From Rhizophagus irregularis (Eukaryota), in NCBI RefSeq assembly GCF_026210795.1, contig NC_089430.1, forward strand, positions 2,294,001 to 2,358,000: DNA of 64,000 nt, in the 5' to 3' direction. A model generated the notes under the pieces. That model had not been told where the DNA came from. It searched no databases and saw nothing but the letters and a program-made list of their open reading frames with translations. The translations under genes and the position numbers were made by a program. Of the stretch, positions 23,309-37,432 are shown piece by piece (position 1 is the stretch's first letter; each line of letters starts with the position of its first letter).

Positions 23309-26300
23309 ATGACTGACAATTTTAATTATGATACGTTTGTTCGCAACCCACCCAACCCTGTAGATATTTATAATTTTTCAGAACATGAATCTTTATTCAC
23401 TACTTTAAATTCTTCTCCCATCCCCAATTCGTTTAATATTTCATCTTTTAATGTTAATGGTCTTCGACATAATAGCCAAGTTAAAATTGAACAAATTTCA
23501 AACTTTTTCAACCTTAAACATATTTCCTTTGGTGGTATCGTAGATACCCATCTATCCCCCAAGCAAATTCACTTTTTATCTAAACGCCTTCCTAATTATA
23601 CTGTCTTTTCATCTGACATAGATAAAGCTAAACAAGTTAAATCTACTGGTGGCGTTTCCCTTTTTATTGAAAAAACCCTTGCTTCTCATGTACAAGATTT
23701 TGTTTCACATTCTTCGCGAATTTTATCTGTTGACCTTTATTTCAAAGGCAACGTTAAATTGCGCATTTTTGTTATTTATATTCCTCCTTTTTCTGATTCT
23801 AAATTACGATCAGAAACCATTGACCTTCTTTTACAATTATTAGTGCAAACTAAACAACAAAATTTTTATCACGCCATTTGTGGCGATTTCAATATGCATT
23901 TAGATGCCTATTATCCTATTTATTTTAACCGCCCCTCTGTTGCTTCCTAACGAACTTATCGTTTGCTACATCACTTTTTATCTCATGGATATGAAGAAAC
24001 TATTCCTGTTAACGCTTCTGATTCCTTAGGCACTTTTCACCGTGACGATCAAGTTACTCGTATTGACTATGTTTGGTCTTGTCCAATGCTTAAAAGCTTT
24101 GCTCTCACCTCCTATATATTTGACGCCCAAGACACCTGCTCTTCCGATCACAATCCTATCATCACTTATTTCGATGATTCACTCTTGTTTGCGTCTGTCA
24201 AGGTTGCTCGCGCTAAACAACTTCAACGTCGCAATCGCCGCATATTCAAATTTGATTCAGTTACTGATCAACAATGGGAATTTTTCTCTGCTCATACTGA
24301 CTCTTTATGCGACGTACCGCCATCAACCTTCTCAACATGGCATATTAATCAACAATGCGAATATTTACATTCTCGTATAGTGAAAGCTGCTACTGCCTCC
24401 CTTCCGTCTGTCCTGGTTGGCAATCAACATACGCCTACGGTGCCCAAAGATTTGGAAGCCCTAACTCAACATTATCGTTTCCTCAGCCGTCTTTTGCATT
24501 CGATACGTTTATTGCGAAAATATCCTTCCACTTATTATAATAGACATGAACGTACTTGGTCCACTCATTTCATTAGACTTCAAAAGATTCTTCATCTTTA
24601 TAAGAAGATTATTCCTTCTCCTCCTATTTTACCTACTTCTTTATCCTCATGTAGGCAAGACGATTTTAAACTTTTATTGGCATCTTTAAAGACTATTTCC
24701 GATGCCCTCCATGGTTTCCTTCTTCTCAAAGAAAAAGATTTTCAAGATTCTTCCATTCGTGCCAAATTGGAAGATAGGGACAATAATTTTGAAACCGATA
24801 TTTCCTCCTTTATTAATTCTGCTCTTTCAAGGACTCGACGCCGCATCACCTTGGATCGTGTCTTCATCGACCATCCTACACAACCAAAACTTTTGACGGA
24901 CCCGCATGATATTGATGACGCTGTTATCAACCACTTCCAGAATTCCGTGCCTATAAAGTCATCTCCCCCTGACAATATTTCCGCTCTTCCAGATAGATGG
25001 TCTTCTGCTTATTGCCCTATGGACGATGTGGATTCTTCTATTTACAACTCTTTGTTGGATCCTCCTACCCTTGATGAATGGCTGTCTACGGTCTCTTTGA
25101 TGCCGAATGACAAAGCTTCTGGCCCTTCTATGATTACCTATGAGATGCTTAAGCATCTGGGTTCCAACACTTCAGCTTTGGTTCTAATCCTGGTACAATC
25201 GTGCTTTCGTACTGCTGATATCCCTGATTTATGGCGTCAAGCTATGGTTTTTCCCATCCCTAAACCTCACGATTGGAAATGTCAACTCAAGAATACGAGA
25301 CCTATTACTTTACTTGAAGTAATTAGGAAATCTTTGGTTAAACTCTTTTATAATCGTCTCGCTTCCATTTTGGCTTCAAATGAAGTTCTCAAAGGAGGTA
25401 ACTTCGCCGGTCTCCCAGGTGGTTCTTGTCGCGACCCTATTGTCGTTCTTGAATCTATTATCCATGATGCTCATGTCAACAAATCACCACTTTGGATCCT
25501 TTCGCAAGATATTTCAAAGGCTTTCGACTCAGTTGATCTCAAGATGTTGCGTTTCGCTTTAGAACGCATTAAACTTCCTGCTTCTGCTATCAAGTTTATT
25601 TTATCCTCTTCATGAAACGCTCTAATCGCGTTTTTACTGCTCATGGAACTACTCCTTCTTACCGTGTTCGCATTGGTATAGATCAAGGCGAAGTTATCTC
25701 TCCTTTACTCTGGGTCATATATATAGACCCTTTATTGACTGTTCTCAAAAATGAAATGATGGATCCATATACGCTTCATGCTCCCTCTTTAATTAATCCT
25801 TTGGCTCAGGCTAATTCAGGTGGATTACGAATCAACAATTTGGTCTTCATGGATGACTCTACTTTAATTTCGTCATCCAAATCTGGAATGGAATCAATGC
25901 TCTCTATTACGGAAGAATTTTATCAAATCAACAATACTTCCGCTAATCATAACAAATATGTTTTAATTACTAATTCGTTGCCTCCCACTTCAGTTTTATC
26001 ACCTTCTCCAGTCGTGTTTGACTTGCAATTATCCGGATTGAACATAGTTCTTTCCATTTCTATTGTGCCTATCTCCATGAATAGCTCTTTCCGCTTCCTG
26101 GGCGTGTGGTTCAATGTCGCTGGTTCTCGTGATTTTGTCAAGAAGCAAGTTGCTAGAGAATGTAACTCCTTCGCCGCTACCGTACGCCCTGCCAAATTAT
26201 CTGCTAAACAAATAGTTTATTTACACAACACCGTCCTTATCCCGAAATTGGAATATCGCATGCAAGTCACTCACCTCTCCGAATCTGAATGTGCCTCGGC

Positions 26301-28929
26301 AACTAGCAGTATCCGTTCCTTGGTTAAACACAAGGCCAACTTTTCACGAGTACTCCCTGATTCTATTTTGTTTTTGTCTCAAGGCTTGGGATTGATTAAT
26401 TTATTTTTTCATCAATCACAAACACATTTAACTAATTTATTTTTGTTAGCTAATTCTTCTTCTTCTTTTATGAAAAATTTATTTTTATATAGATTACGTT
26501 TAATTCAATCTTCTTTTTTAATTCCTATCTCCCCATTGTTAGTTAAAGATTGGACTATATGGTCTAAACTTTTTGCTTTTAAACAGGATTATATCGCTTG
26601 CACTATTGCTCTCCTGACCACCACTCCCTTCATGTTGTTGCGCTCACAACTTTCAACTTTGCCTGACCTTACTATGTCTAATGGTCATACACCTTTATAT
26701 GATGTTATGACTCCAAAAGTTTTTATTTCTTACTTCCGACGTCTTAGAAGTTTGCAACTATATTACCTATCACAATTTATTACGCCTCAAGGAACCCATA
26801 TGATTACTTGGAACGTTTATTTATCCAATTTATCGAGCAGGAAAGGTCATCGTGTCCTCCCACACAAATGGTTCAATGACATTCACCAATGCGTCACTGT
26901 TCCTGGTTCCAACTCTCTCCTTTTGGATCGGTTCTCTTCTGATGCTATTCCTTCCAATATCGACTTGGTTCCCGCCTTTGGTTCCTCTCGAAAATCTATG
27001 AAATGGATCGTAACTTTGGATGATGATGGCTCTCCTCTCTTTGGAAAACAGCTCAGTAAACAGCAATATTCCTGCAAGATTGTCCATTGGACTTCTGATT
27101 GTGTGACTCGACCTAATGATGTTATCACGCTCACTCCTTGTCCTGGTTGTTCTAAACATGTACCGGTTACCCATACTAAAAGCAATCCAACAGATGTTAC
27201 TCCTTTATGTATCATCCCAAAACTCTCTCCTCTTCGATCTTTACTTCTCCCAACTACGCAGGAGCGTATTAGACATGACACCACCACTATCGCTTTCCCT
27301 TTTACTTGGGCGGACCTTGACGAGACTGTAAGATCCTATTATGGCCGTTTGGACATTCAACCTAATTTTTCACAAGAAGATGCGATTACTCTCCCCTCTC
27401 CTTCTCCTCTTCCCTCTTTGGGTTCGGCTGCCCCTCTTGCTTTTGCTGCCTCACCGTTAGCGACTCCTCCTGATAACCATTATTGTTTTTATACCGATGG
27501 TTCTTTAATTAACCTTGGCACTCCTGATGTTTCTATGGGTTGGTCTTGGGTTCAAGTCCTTGATGGCGCTGGCTTTTTCCAATCTATCGCTGCTTACGCT
27601 CATGGAATTATTCACAATTGGCCTTCTTCTACAAGGGCTGAAATTGCCGCTATACATGCTGCTCTTACAGTTACTCCTCCCTCTTCAACGGTCACTATTC
27701 ATACTGACTCTCAATCTGCCATAGATGGTCTTCGTCTATGTGCTACGTTTTCTTATTCCAATAGTAGGCTTTATTACAAGACCACCAATTTTGAACTCTG
27801 GGCTATTATTGAACGTCTCATTTCCTCCAAATCTTTATCCGTCACGGCTGTTAAAGTGAAAGGTCACTCTGGTAATTTCTATAATGACTACGCGGACTCT
27901 CTGGCCAACTCTGCACATACTTCTCCTTCAGCAATTCTTCTTTCTGATCTGGATCAAGTATCTCCTCACAATTTCTTATTAAAATATGATGATATTTTAT
28001 GCGAATCCAACCCACGACGCCTATTTAAGCAATATTCGCAAATGCTGTGGATGCATAGATTAACGCGTTTATCGCGTTTTAACTTTACCATTGCTTTATC
28101 CTCTATCTCAGATTTCGTGATTGATTGGGATCTTACCTGGTTCTCGCTAAATTCTGAACCTCAGCATGATGCTTCATTTACTCGTGCTCATGCTTCCTTT
28201 CATCGCACCTTTAAATTCAAACTCTTTTTGGAAGATTTGCCTATCTTGGAACATCTTAAAAGAATTCGCCCGGACTTGTATATTGACATCTTATTGTGTC
28301 GTTCGTGCCTCGACTCCAAGGAAGATCTTATGCACTTGTTTATATGCAAATGTAGACGAATCGCTATGGAACAGATTCTCTTCTCCTACCAACATCACTT
28401 TATCAACAAACTTCAAGAAGCTGGTGATCTCGTTAAGAAAGATCCCTCTTTAATTATTAACAAATTTAAATCTCTTCCTTGTTGGTCCTTTTCTTCTTCA
28501 AATTGGACTTCATATAGCCTTGTCTGTGGCTGCCTTCCGAAATCCTTTGTCGAATTTTTTGAAGAACTTTCTATTCCACGTAACTCTGCGATGAAGGTTA
28601 TCTCTGCTATCCACAATCACTTTATCCAAAAGATTAGAAAACGAATTTGGCTACCGCGCTCCTATGATAAATCTAAATGGGAAGACGCGATGAATATTAC
28701 TCATAAACTCAAACTTTCTCGGCCTTCAAATTTGCCAAAGTCTACGTACTTACCTTTCTCAACTTTACCTCCTCCGACCCTTTCCGACGCCGCACGTGAC
28801 TCCGACGTTGATTATTTAAAGAACTCGATGAAATATGGTTTGCCTTGGTTTAATCACTATTCGGGTTTTATGGGTCATCTAACGGTGCAACTTACTAACA
28901 GCTTTAGCAGGGTGGTGTGTCGATTTTAA
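23309..28929 (+). pseudogene. LINE ORF2 (APE endonuclease-RT-RNase H-CCHC), copy 1; stop at 23948-23950 and 1-nt deletion near 25605
   Basis: SFNVNG, GDFN, RIDY, SDH (APE). RPITLL, QDISKAFDSV, GIDQGEVISPLL, FMDD, FLG (RT). TDGS, RAE, TDSQ, KGHSG, N..AD (RNase H). CRSC..HLFIC. Confidence 0.93.
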
Positions 28930-29325
28930 TAATGGGCGCATTGTTCGTTGGTTTGTTTGCATAGTTGCCTCTTCTTAGGTTGAAATATATTTAGGCGGGG
29001 GATCAGGATAGTTTTAGTGTTATGCGATTTTTCTTTTTGAATTATTTTATAGCTTTATTACTGTTTTGGAGACTATATAGTTTTGTTTTTAGTTAATTTT
29101 ATTTTTCTTTTTTGTACTTTGAAAATTTTATTTTATTTTTTGTAAGTTCGTTAAATAAATTTAATAAAGATAAAGGCTACTATGCCATGTTTGCCTTGAT
29201 AAGGACTGATGACTGATGATGATAGATCTCTTACCGCCGATCTATTAACCAAAAATTTTCGGAAAGAAAATTTTATATCTTCGTACTGACAACTCTTATA
29301 TTTTACCCAACTCATACCTTCTAAC

Positions 29326-31470
29326 ATGTCTAGAAACCTTGCTAGAAGAGGTGGCGGCAGTTATAATCCCAATAGTAATAAGGCTGCTCGTCAAGAAAAG
29401 AAAAATAATAAAAAACAACTCTCTGATAATTCTGGTTCCGATAGTGATAACACTTCTCAAAAACGTTCTCGTATTATTACAAAAGACTCCATGGATGAAG
29501 ACTATGAAGATTTCGTTGCCGACGCGCCGGCTGACGGTGGTTTAGTTGGTTCAACTTCGACCGCTATTCCTCAACAAAATAATTCCCGCAGCACCGCCCA
29601 AGAAAATACTCAAGCTTCTACCCCGAATAATTCTGCTGCGCCTTCTGCGCCCGGCCAAGACGCGTCCTCTGGAGCTAACGCGTCTATTCATGCACCTCGA
29701 AACAAAGAAAATAACTCATCCCCTAACGCGTCCCTTAATATGGACGTGAATGATGGCACATCGCCCGATCAGGCTGTTGATCCCTCCCCTACCATTACCA
29801 TTAATCGTCAAGATTTCCTGGCTGCGGCTGCGCCCAACTCTGCTCCCCAAACTCTAGAGAAACTTAAAACTAATAAGGCAATCATTGATGCCGTTAACAA
29901 TTTGTTTTTAGAAACATATGAATCATATACCGGTCGGGCTCGTATGACTGGTTCAGGGGACGCTAAACGTCTCATCATTCACTTCCATACCGCAGAGGCT
30001 CGAGACTTGTGTATTGGTTCCACACACTCCGATTTTCCGGACCTACAATTCCACCTGTACGATCCCAAACAGCTCCGGTCCGATGAAGACCTCCGTGCAA
30101 TTCAAGTCACGGATATCCCGTTTTTCATTACTAAACCCCAACTACAATCCTATTTCAAGAAATTTGGCAACCTGCTATCCCTTCATCTCTATTCAAGGAA
30201 AGGTGCCAAAATGCAACAAGCCCGCATCGTCTATGATCATGCCGATGCTATCTCCCGTTTTACAACCCAATGGGCAGTCTACTGTTTTTCCACCTGTCTG
30301 CGTGTAACTCCCTGTCATTACTCAGTGGATTTAAAAGCTGCTCGTCGTGAATTCGTTGCAATTCTCTCTGGTCTCCCTGCTAATACTAAAGATATCCATC
30401 TCGCTCCTTTGGTTAAAGAACACGGAGCTAAAGCTATTAACATCCCTCTCTCCTTAAATTCATATAAACCTAAGCCTTGGGCTTATGTTACTTTTAATTC
30501 ACAAGAAACAATGGATGCCGCCATGGAGCAAACTATTGGATTCCAAGGTCGTACTCTTAGATGGGGTACCTCCAATGATTCGAAAGCTCTTTGCCACAGA
30601 TGTGGTAAACTCGGTTGTGCTCCTACCTCCTGTCCTCTCAATCAACGTCGCGGTCGTTCTCGTACACGTGACCCTGATGCTGCTCTCAAAGAACGTTTCA
30701 ACATTGGTCAAAGACCTGCTCAACAACGAGCCCCGCGTAATACTTCTCGATCTCGATCTCGCTCTAAATCACGGGATCGTTCTGCCTCTGCTCAACGTTC
30801 GAATTCCAGCTCCAATGGTTCTAATAATAATAACAATGATAATAAAAATCATAATAATCATAACAACCCTCTCTCCTCTGGTTCAGCAGGTTCCTCCTCT
30901 TCTGCTCATGGACGTACGCCCTCCAACAACCGAAAAGGCAAAAATCGATCTGTTTCGTTTTCGTCCAATGCTCGCACCCCGCTCCCTGATCCAAGTTCTT
31001 CTAATGCCCTTGAGGCTGCTCTTAACATTCTCGATGTGTTGAAGAAACTTCAACAAGATGTTGTTCGTGTGGAATCCCGCATTTCAAATCTTGAACTTAA
31101 CAATCAACGGCTATCTGCTATTGAAGCCCATTTAGGCATTAATCCTCCCTCCGCTCCTGTTGTCAATTCTGAACCTGATCGGATGGAAGAAGACCCTCCT
31201 GAAACTACTGGTACCTTAATCCCACATCCAAATGCTCCCTCGACTTCCAATCCAAAGCACTCTTCTCCTCCCAAATCTACATCCAACACAGCTTCACACT
31301 CTGCTCCTGCTTCCGCTCCAAACCCTTCCCCGCAAGACGATTTAAACTCTGTTATTCAAGATCAAAAAGCGATTAAAGATACTTTACAATCGCTCACTGG
31401 TTCCATTCAAGGTTTTATTGCTTCTCTTGGTGGTTCTCCCTCCGATCGAGCTTCCGCTCCTTCGAAATAA
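29326..31470 (+). CDS. LINE ORF1, copy 2, intact
   Basis: 714-aa ORF homologous to copy 1 ORF1. Confidence 0.9.
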   Translation: MSRNLARRGGGSYNPNSNKAARQEKKNNKKQLSDNSGSDSDNTSQKRSRIITKDSMDEDYEDFVADAPADGGLVGSTSTAIPQQNNSRSTAQENTQASTPNNSAAPSAPGQDASSGANASIHAPRNKENNSSPNASLNMDVNDGTSPDQAVDPSPTITINRQDFLAAAAPNSAPQTLEKLKTNKAIIDAVNNLFLETYESYTGRARMTGSGDAKRLIIHFHTAEARDLCIGSTHSDFPDLQFHLYDPKQLRSDEDLRAIQVTDIPFFITKPQLQSYFKKFGNLLSLHLYSRKGAKMQQARIVYDHADAISRFTTQWAVYCFSTCLRVTPCHYSVDLKAARREFVAILSGLPANTKDIHLAPLVKEHGAKAINIPLSLNSYKPKPWAYVTFNSQETMDAAMEQTIGFQGRTLRWGTSNDSKALCHRCGKLGCAPTSCPLNQRRGRSRTRDPDAALKERFNIGQRPAQQRAPRNTSRSRSRSKSRDRSASAQRSNSSSNGSNNNNNDNKNHNNHNNPLSSGSAGSSSSAHGRTPSNNRKGKNRSVSFSSNARTPLPDPSSSNALEAALNILDVLKKLQQDVVRVESRISNLELNNQRLSAIEAHLGINPPSAPVVNSEPDRMEEDPPETTGTLIPHPNAPSTSNPKHSSPPKSTSNTASHSAPASAPNPSPQDDLNSVIQDQKAIKDTLQSLTGSIQGFIASLGGSPSDRASAPSK

Positions 31471-31517
31471 CCGACTTCTCTACTATTTTCCCCGTCTATC
31501 GTTATCATTGTGTTCTA

Positions 31518-34500
31518 ATGTCAGACAATTTTAATTTTGATACATTTGTTCGCAACCCTCCCAACCCTGTAGATACTTATAATTTTTCAGAACACGAATC
31601 TTTATTTACTACTTTAAATTTTTCTCCTATCCTCAATTCTTTTAATATTTCTTCCTTTAATGTTAATGGCCTTCGCCATAACAGTCAAATCAAAATTGAT
31701 CAAATTTCTAATTTTTTCAATCTTAAACATATTTCTTTTGGTGGTATTGTAGATACTCATTTATCCCCTAAACAAATTCACTTTCTATCTAAACGCCTTC
31801 CTAATTATACTGTCTTTTCATCTGATATAGATAACACCAGATTAGTTAAATCCACTGGTGGCGTTTCCCTTTTTATTGAAAAATCCCTTGCTTCCCATGT
31901 ACAAGATTTTGTTTCACATTCCTCGCGTATTCTATCTGTTGATCTTTATTTTAAAGGCAACGTTAAACTACGCATTTTTGTTATCTACATTCCCCCTATT
32001 TCTGATTCTAAATTACGATCAGAAACTATCGACCTTCTTCTTCAATTATTGGTGCAAACTAAACAACAAAATTTTTATCATGCCATTTGTGGCGATTTTA
32101 ATATGCACTTAGATACCTATTACCCTATTTATTTTAACCGCCCTTCAGTTGCTTCTCAACGAACTTATCGTTTGCTACATCATCTTTTATCTCATGGCTA
32201 TGAAGAAACTATTCCTGTTAACGCTTCTGATTCCTTAGGCACCTTTCATCGTGATGACCAAATCACTCGTATAGACTATGTTTGGTCTTGCCCCATGCTT
32301 AAAGGCTTTGCTCTTACTTCTTACATATTTGACGCCCAAGATACCTGCTCTTCTGACCATAATCCTATCATCACGTACTTTGATGATTCACTCTTGGTTG
32401 CGTCCATCAAGGTTGCTCGTGCTAAACAACTCCAACGTCGAACTCGCCGCATATTTAAATTTGATTCAGTCACTACTCAACAATGGGAATCCTTTTCTGC
32501 TCACGCTGACTCCCTATGCGACGTTCCTCCTTCAACCTTTTCTACATGGCATATCAACCAACAATGCGAATATTTACATTCCCGTATTGTGAAAGCTGCT
32601 AATGCTTCTCTTCCCTCTGTCACGATTGGTAATCAACATACACCTACGATGCCCAAGGATTTGGAAGCTTTAACTCAACACTATCGTTTCCTCAGCCGTC
32701 TTTTGCATTCGATACGTTTATTACGAAAATATCCTTCTACCTATTATACTAGATATGAACGTACTTGGTCCACTCATTTCATTAGACTTCAAAATATTTT
32801 TCATCTTTATAAGAAGGTTATTCCTTCTCCCCCTATTTTACCTACTTCCTTGTCCACATGTAGGCAAGACGGTTTTAATTCTTTATTAGACTCTTTAAAG
32901 ACTATTTCCAATGCCCTCCATGGCCTCCTTCTTCTTAAAGAAAAAGATTTTCAAGATTCTTCCATTCGTGCTAAATTGGATGATCGGGACAACAATTTTG
33001 AAACTGATATCTCCTCATTTATTGATTCTGCTCTTTCAAGGACTCGACGTCGTATTACCTTGGATCGTGTCTTTATCGACCACCCTACACAACCAAAATT
33101 ATTAACGGACCCACATGATATTGATGACGCTGTTATCAACCATTTCCAAAATTCCGTTCCTATAAAATCATCTCCTCCAGATAACATTTCAGCTCTTCCT
33201 GAAAGATGGTCTTCTGCTTATCACCCTATGGACGATGTGGATTCTTCTATTTATAATTCTTTATTAAATCCTCCTACTCTAGAAGAATGGTTGTCTACGG
33301 TCTCTTCTATGCCTAATGACAAAGCTCCTGGTCCTTCCATGATTACCTATGAGATGCTTAAACGTCTGGGTTCCACCGCTTCAGCTTTGGTTCTAATCTT
33401 GGTCCAATCATGCTTTCACACTGCAGATATTCCTGATTTATGGCGGGAAGCTATGGTCTTCCCTATTCCTAAACCTCACGAATGGAAATGTCAACTCAAG
33501 AATACCAGACCTATTACTCTCCTTGAAGTAATTAGGAAATCTTTGGTCAAACTTTTTTATAACCGTCTCGCTTCCATTTTGGCTTCAAATGAAGTTCTCA
33601 AAGGAGGTAACTTCGCCGGTCTCCCTGGTGGTTCTTGTCGCGATCCTATTGTCGTACTTGAATCTATTATCCATGATGCTCATGTCAACAAATCACCGCT
33701 TTGGATCCTTTCACAAGATATTTCAAAGGCTTTTGACTCGGTTGATCTCAAGATGTTGCGTTTTGCTTTAGAACGCATTAAACTCCCTGCTTCCGCTACC
33801 AAGTTTATCCTGTCCCTATTTATGAAACGCTCTAATCGCGTTTTTACTGCTCATGGAACTACTCCTTCATACCGCGTTCGCATTGGTATAGATTAAGGCG
33901 AAGTTATCTCTCCTTTACTTTGGGTCATATATATATACCCTTTATTGACTGTTCTTAAGAATGAAATGATGGATCCATATATACTTCATGCTCCTTCTTT
34001 GTCTAATTCCTTGGCTGAGACTAATTCAGGTGGACTACGAATCAACAATTTGGTCTTTATGGACGATTCTACTTTAATTTCGTCCTCCAAATCTGGAATG
34101 GAATCAATGCTCTCTATTACGGAAGAGTTTTATCAAATTAATAATACTTCCGCTAATCACAACAAATATGTTTTAATTACTAATTCGTTGCCCCCCACTT
34201 CAGCTCTTTCACCTTCTCCAGTCGTGTTTGACTTGCAATTATCTGGACTGAACAAAGTTCCTTTCATCTCTATTGTGCCTATCTCCATGAATAGCTCTTT
34301 CCGCTTCCTGGGCGTCTGGTTCAATGTCGCTGGTTCCCGCGACTTTGTCAAGAAACAAGTTGCTCGTGAATGCAATTCTTTCGCGGCTATTGTTCGCCCT
34401 GCTAAATTATCTGCAAAACAAGTTGTTTACCTACACAATACCGTCCTTATTCCGAAATTGGAATATCGTATGCAAGTCACTCACCTCTCCGAATCTGAAT

Positions 34501-37139
34501 GCGCCTCGGCAACCAGCTGTATCCGTTCCTTGGTTAAACATAAGGCCAATTTTTCACGTATACTTCCTGACTCTATTTTGTTTTTGTCTCAAGGCCTGGG
34601 ATTAATCAATTTATTTTTTCACCAGTCACAAACACATTTAATTAATTTATTTTTGTTAGCTAATTCTTCTTCTTTTTTTATGAAAAATTTATTTTTATAT
34701 AGATTACGTTTAATTCAATTTTCTTTTTTGATTCCTATTTCCCCATTGTTAGTTATAGATTGGACTATATGGTCTAAACTTTTTGCTTTTAAACAGGACT
34801 ATATCGCATGCACTATTGCTCTCCTAACCACCACTCCTTTCAAGTTGTTGCGTTCACGTCTTTCAACTTTGCCTGACCTTACTATATCTGATGGTCATAC
34901 GCCTTTATTCGACGTTATGACTCCAAAAATTTTTATTTCTTATTTCCGACGTCTTAGAAGTTTGCGACTTTATTACCTATCTCAATTCATCACGCCTCAA
35001 GGAACCCATATGATCACTTGGAATGTTTATTTATCCAATTTATCAAGTAGAAAAGGTCATCGCGTCCTCCCGCATAAATGGTTCAACGACATTCACCAAT
35101 GCGTCACTATTCCAAATTCCAATTCTCTACTCTTGGATCAATTCTCCTCTGATGCTATTCCTTCAAACATTGACTTGGTTCCAGCTTTTGGTTCCTCTAG
35201 AAAATCTATGAAATGGATCGTAACTTTGGATGAAGATGGCTCTCCTCTTTTTGGAAAACAACTTAGCAAGCAACAATATTATTGCAAGATTGTCCATTGG
35301 ACCTCTGATTGTGTGACTCGACCTAATGATGTTATCACGCTCACTCATTGTCCTGGTTGTTCTAAACATGTACCGGTTACCCATACTAAAAGCAATCCAA
35401 CAGATGTTACTCCTTTATGTATTATCCCAAAACTCTCTCCTCTTAGATCTTTACTTCTCCCAACAACGCAGGAGCGTATTAGACATGACACCACCAATAT
35501 TACTTCTCCTTTTACTTGGGCGGACCTTGACGCAACTGTAAGATCCTATTATGGTCGTTTGGACATTCAACCTAATTTTTCACAAGATGCTGTGGCTACT
35601 CTCCCTTCTCCTTCTCCTTCTCCCCTTTTGGGTTCGGCTGCCCCTCTAGCTTTTGCTGCCTCACCGTTAGCGACTCCTCCTGATAACCACTATTGTTTTT
35701 ATACCGATGGTTCTTTAATTAACCTTGGCACTCCTGATGTTTCTATGGGTTGGTCTTGGGTTCAAGTCCTTGATGGCGCTGGCTTTTTCCAATCTGTCGC
35801 TGCTCACGCTCATGGAATTATTCACAATTGGCCTTCTTCTACAAGGGCTGAAATTGCCGCTATACATGCTGCTCTTACAGTCACTCCTCCCTCTTCAACG
35901 GTCACTATTCATACTAACTCTCAATCTGCCATAGACGGTCTTCGTCTATGTGCTACGTTTTCTTATTCCAATAGTAGGCTTTATTACAAGACCACCAATT
36001 TTGAACTTTGGGCTATTATTGAACGTCTCATTTCATCCAAATCTTTATCCGTCACAGCCGTTAAAGTGAAAGGTCACTCTGGTAATTTCTACAATGACTA
36101 CGCGGACTCATTAGCCAATTCTGCGCATACTTCCTCTTCAGCAATTCTTCTTTCTGATCTGGATCAAGTATCTCCTCACGATTTCGTATTAAATTATGAT
36201 GATGTTTTATGCGAATCTAACCCACGACGCCTATTCAAGCAATATTCGCAAATGCTGTGGATGCATAGATTAACACGTTTATCGCGTTTTAACTTTACTA
36301 TTACTTTATCTTCCATTCCAGACTTCGTAATCGATTGGGATCTTATCTGGTTCACGTTAAATGCTGAACCTCAGCATGATGCTTCTTTTACTCGTGCTCA
36401 TGCTTCCTCTCATCGAACCTTCAAATTTAAACTTTTTTTGGAAGATTTACCTACCTTGGAACATCTTAAAAGAATCCGCCCGGACTTGTATATCGACATT
36501 TTATTATGTCGTTCATGCCTCGACTCCAAGGAAGATTTCATGCACTTATTTATGTGCAAATGTAGACGAATCGCTATGGAACAGATTCTCCTCTCCTACC
36601 AACATCACTTTATTAACAAACTTCAAGAAGCTGGTGATCTTGTCATCAAAGATCCGTCTCTAATTATTAACAAATTTAAATCTCTTCCTTGTTGGTCCTT
36701 TTCCTCTTCAAATTGGACTTCATATTGCCTTGTCCGTGGCTGCCTTCCGAAATCCTTTGTCGCATTTTTTGAAGAACTTTCTATTCCACGAAATTCCGCG
36801 ATGAAGGTTATCTCTGCTATCCACAATCACTCTATCCAAAAGATCAGAAAACGAATTTGGCTACCGCGCTCCTATGATAAATCAAAATGGGAAGACGCGA
36901 TGAATATTACTCATAAACTCAAACTTTCTCGGCCTTCAAATTTGCCAAAGTCCACATACTTACCTTTCTCAACTTTACCTCCTCCGACCCTTTCCGACGC
37001 CGCACGTGACTCCGACGTTGATCATTTAAAGAACTCGATGAAATATGGTTTGCCTTGGTTTAATCACTATTCGGGTTTTATGGGTCGTCTAACGGTGCAA
37101 CTTACTAATAGCTTTAGCAGGGTGGTGTGTCTATTTTAA
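31518..37139 (+). pseudogene. LINE ORF2, copy 2; single in-frame stop at 33894-33896
   Basis: 5622 nt in one frame (1873 codons). CAA>TAA in GIDQG. RNase H TDSQ changed to TNSQ. Confidence 0.93.
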
Positions 37140-37432
37140 CAATGGGCGCATTGTTCGTTAGTTTGTTTGCATAGTTGCTTCTTCTTAGGTTGGAATATAT
37201 CTAGGCGGAGGATCAGGATAGTTTTAGTGTTATGCGATTTTTTCCTTTTTGAATTAATTTTATAGCTTTATTACTGTTTTGGAGACTATATAGTTTTGTT
37301 TTTAGTTAATTTTATTTTTCCTTTTTTGTACTTTGAAAATTTTATATTATTTTTGTAAGTTCGTTAAATAAATTTAATAAAGATAAAGGCTACTATGCCA
37401 TGTTTGCCTTGATAAGGACTGATGATGATGAT

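Larger units (their letters stand above)
21019..29223 (+). mobile_element. Non-LTR retrotransposon (LINE with RNase H), copy 1, full length
   Basis: 5' AGATCTCTTACC..., ORF1, ORF2, T-rich 3' UTR with AATAAA, and tail TTGCCTTGATAAGGACTGAT-GACTGATGATGAT. Confidence 0.95.
29224..37432 (+). mobile_element. LINE copy 2, full length
   Basis: Same 5' end as copy 1; ends AAGGACTGATGATGATGAT. Confidence 0.95.

Noticed and set aside
29200..29290. Hammerhead ribozyme at LINE junctions (CTGATGA followed by a hairpin and a later GAAA)
   Set aside because: GAAA does not directly follow the putative stem II, no stem I/III with a UH cleavage site can be built, and CTGATGA is absent before the 5' end at several junctions.
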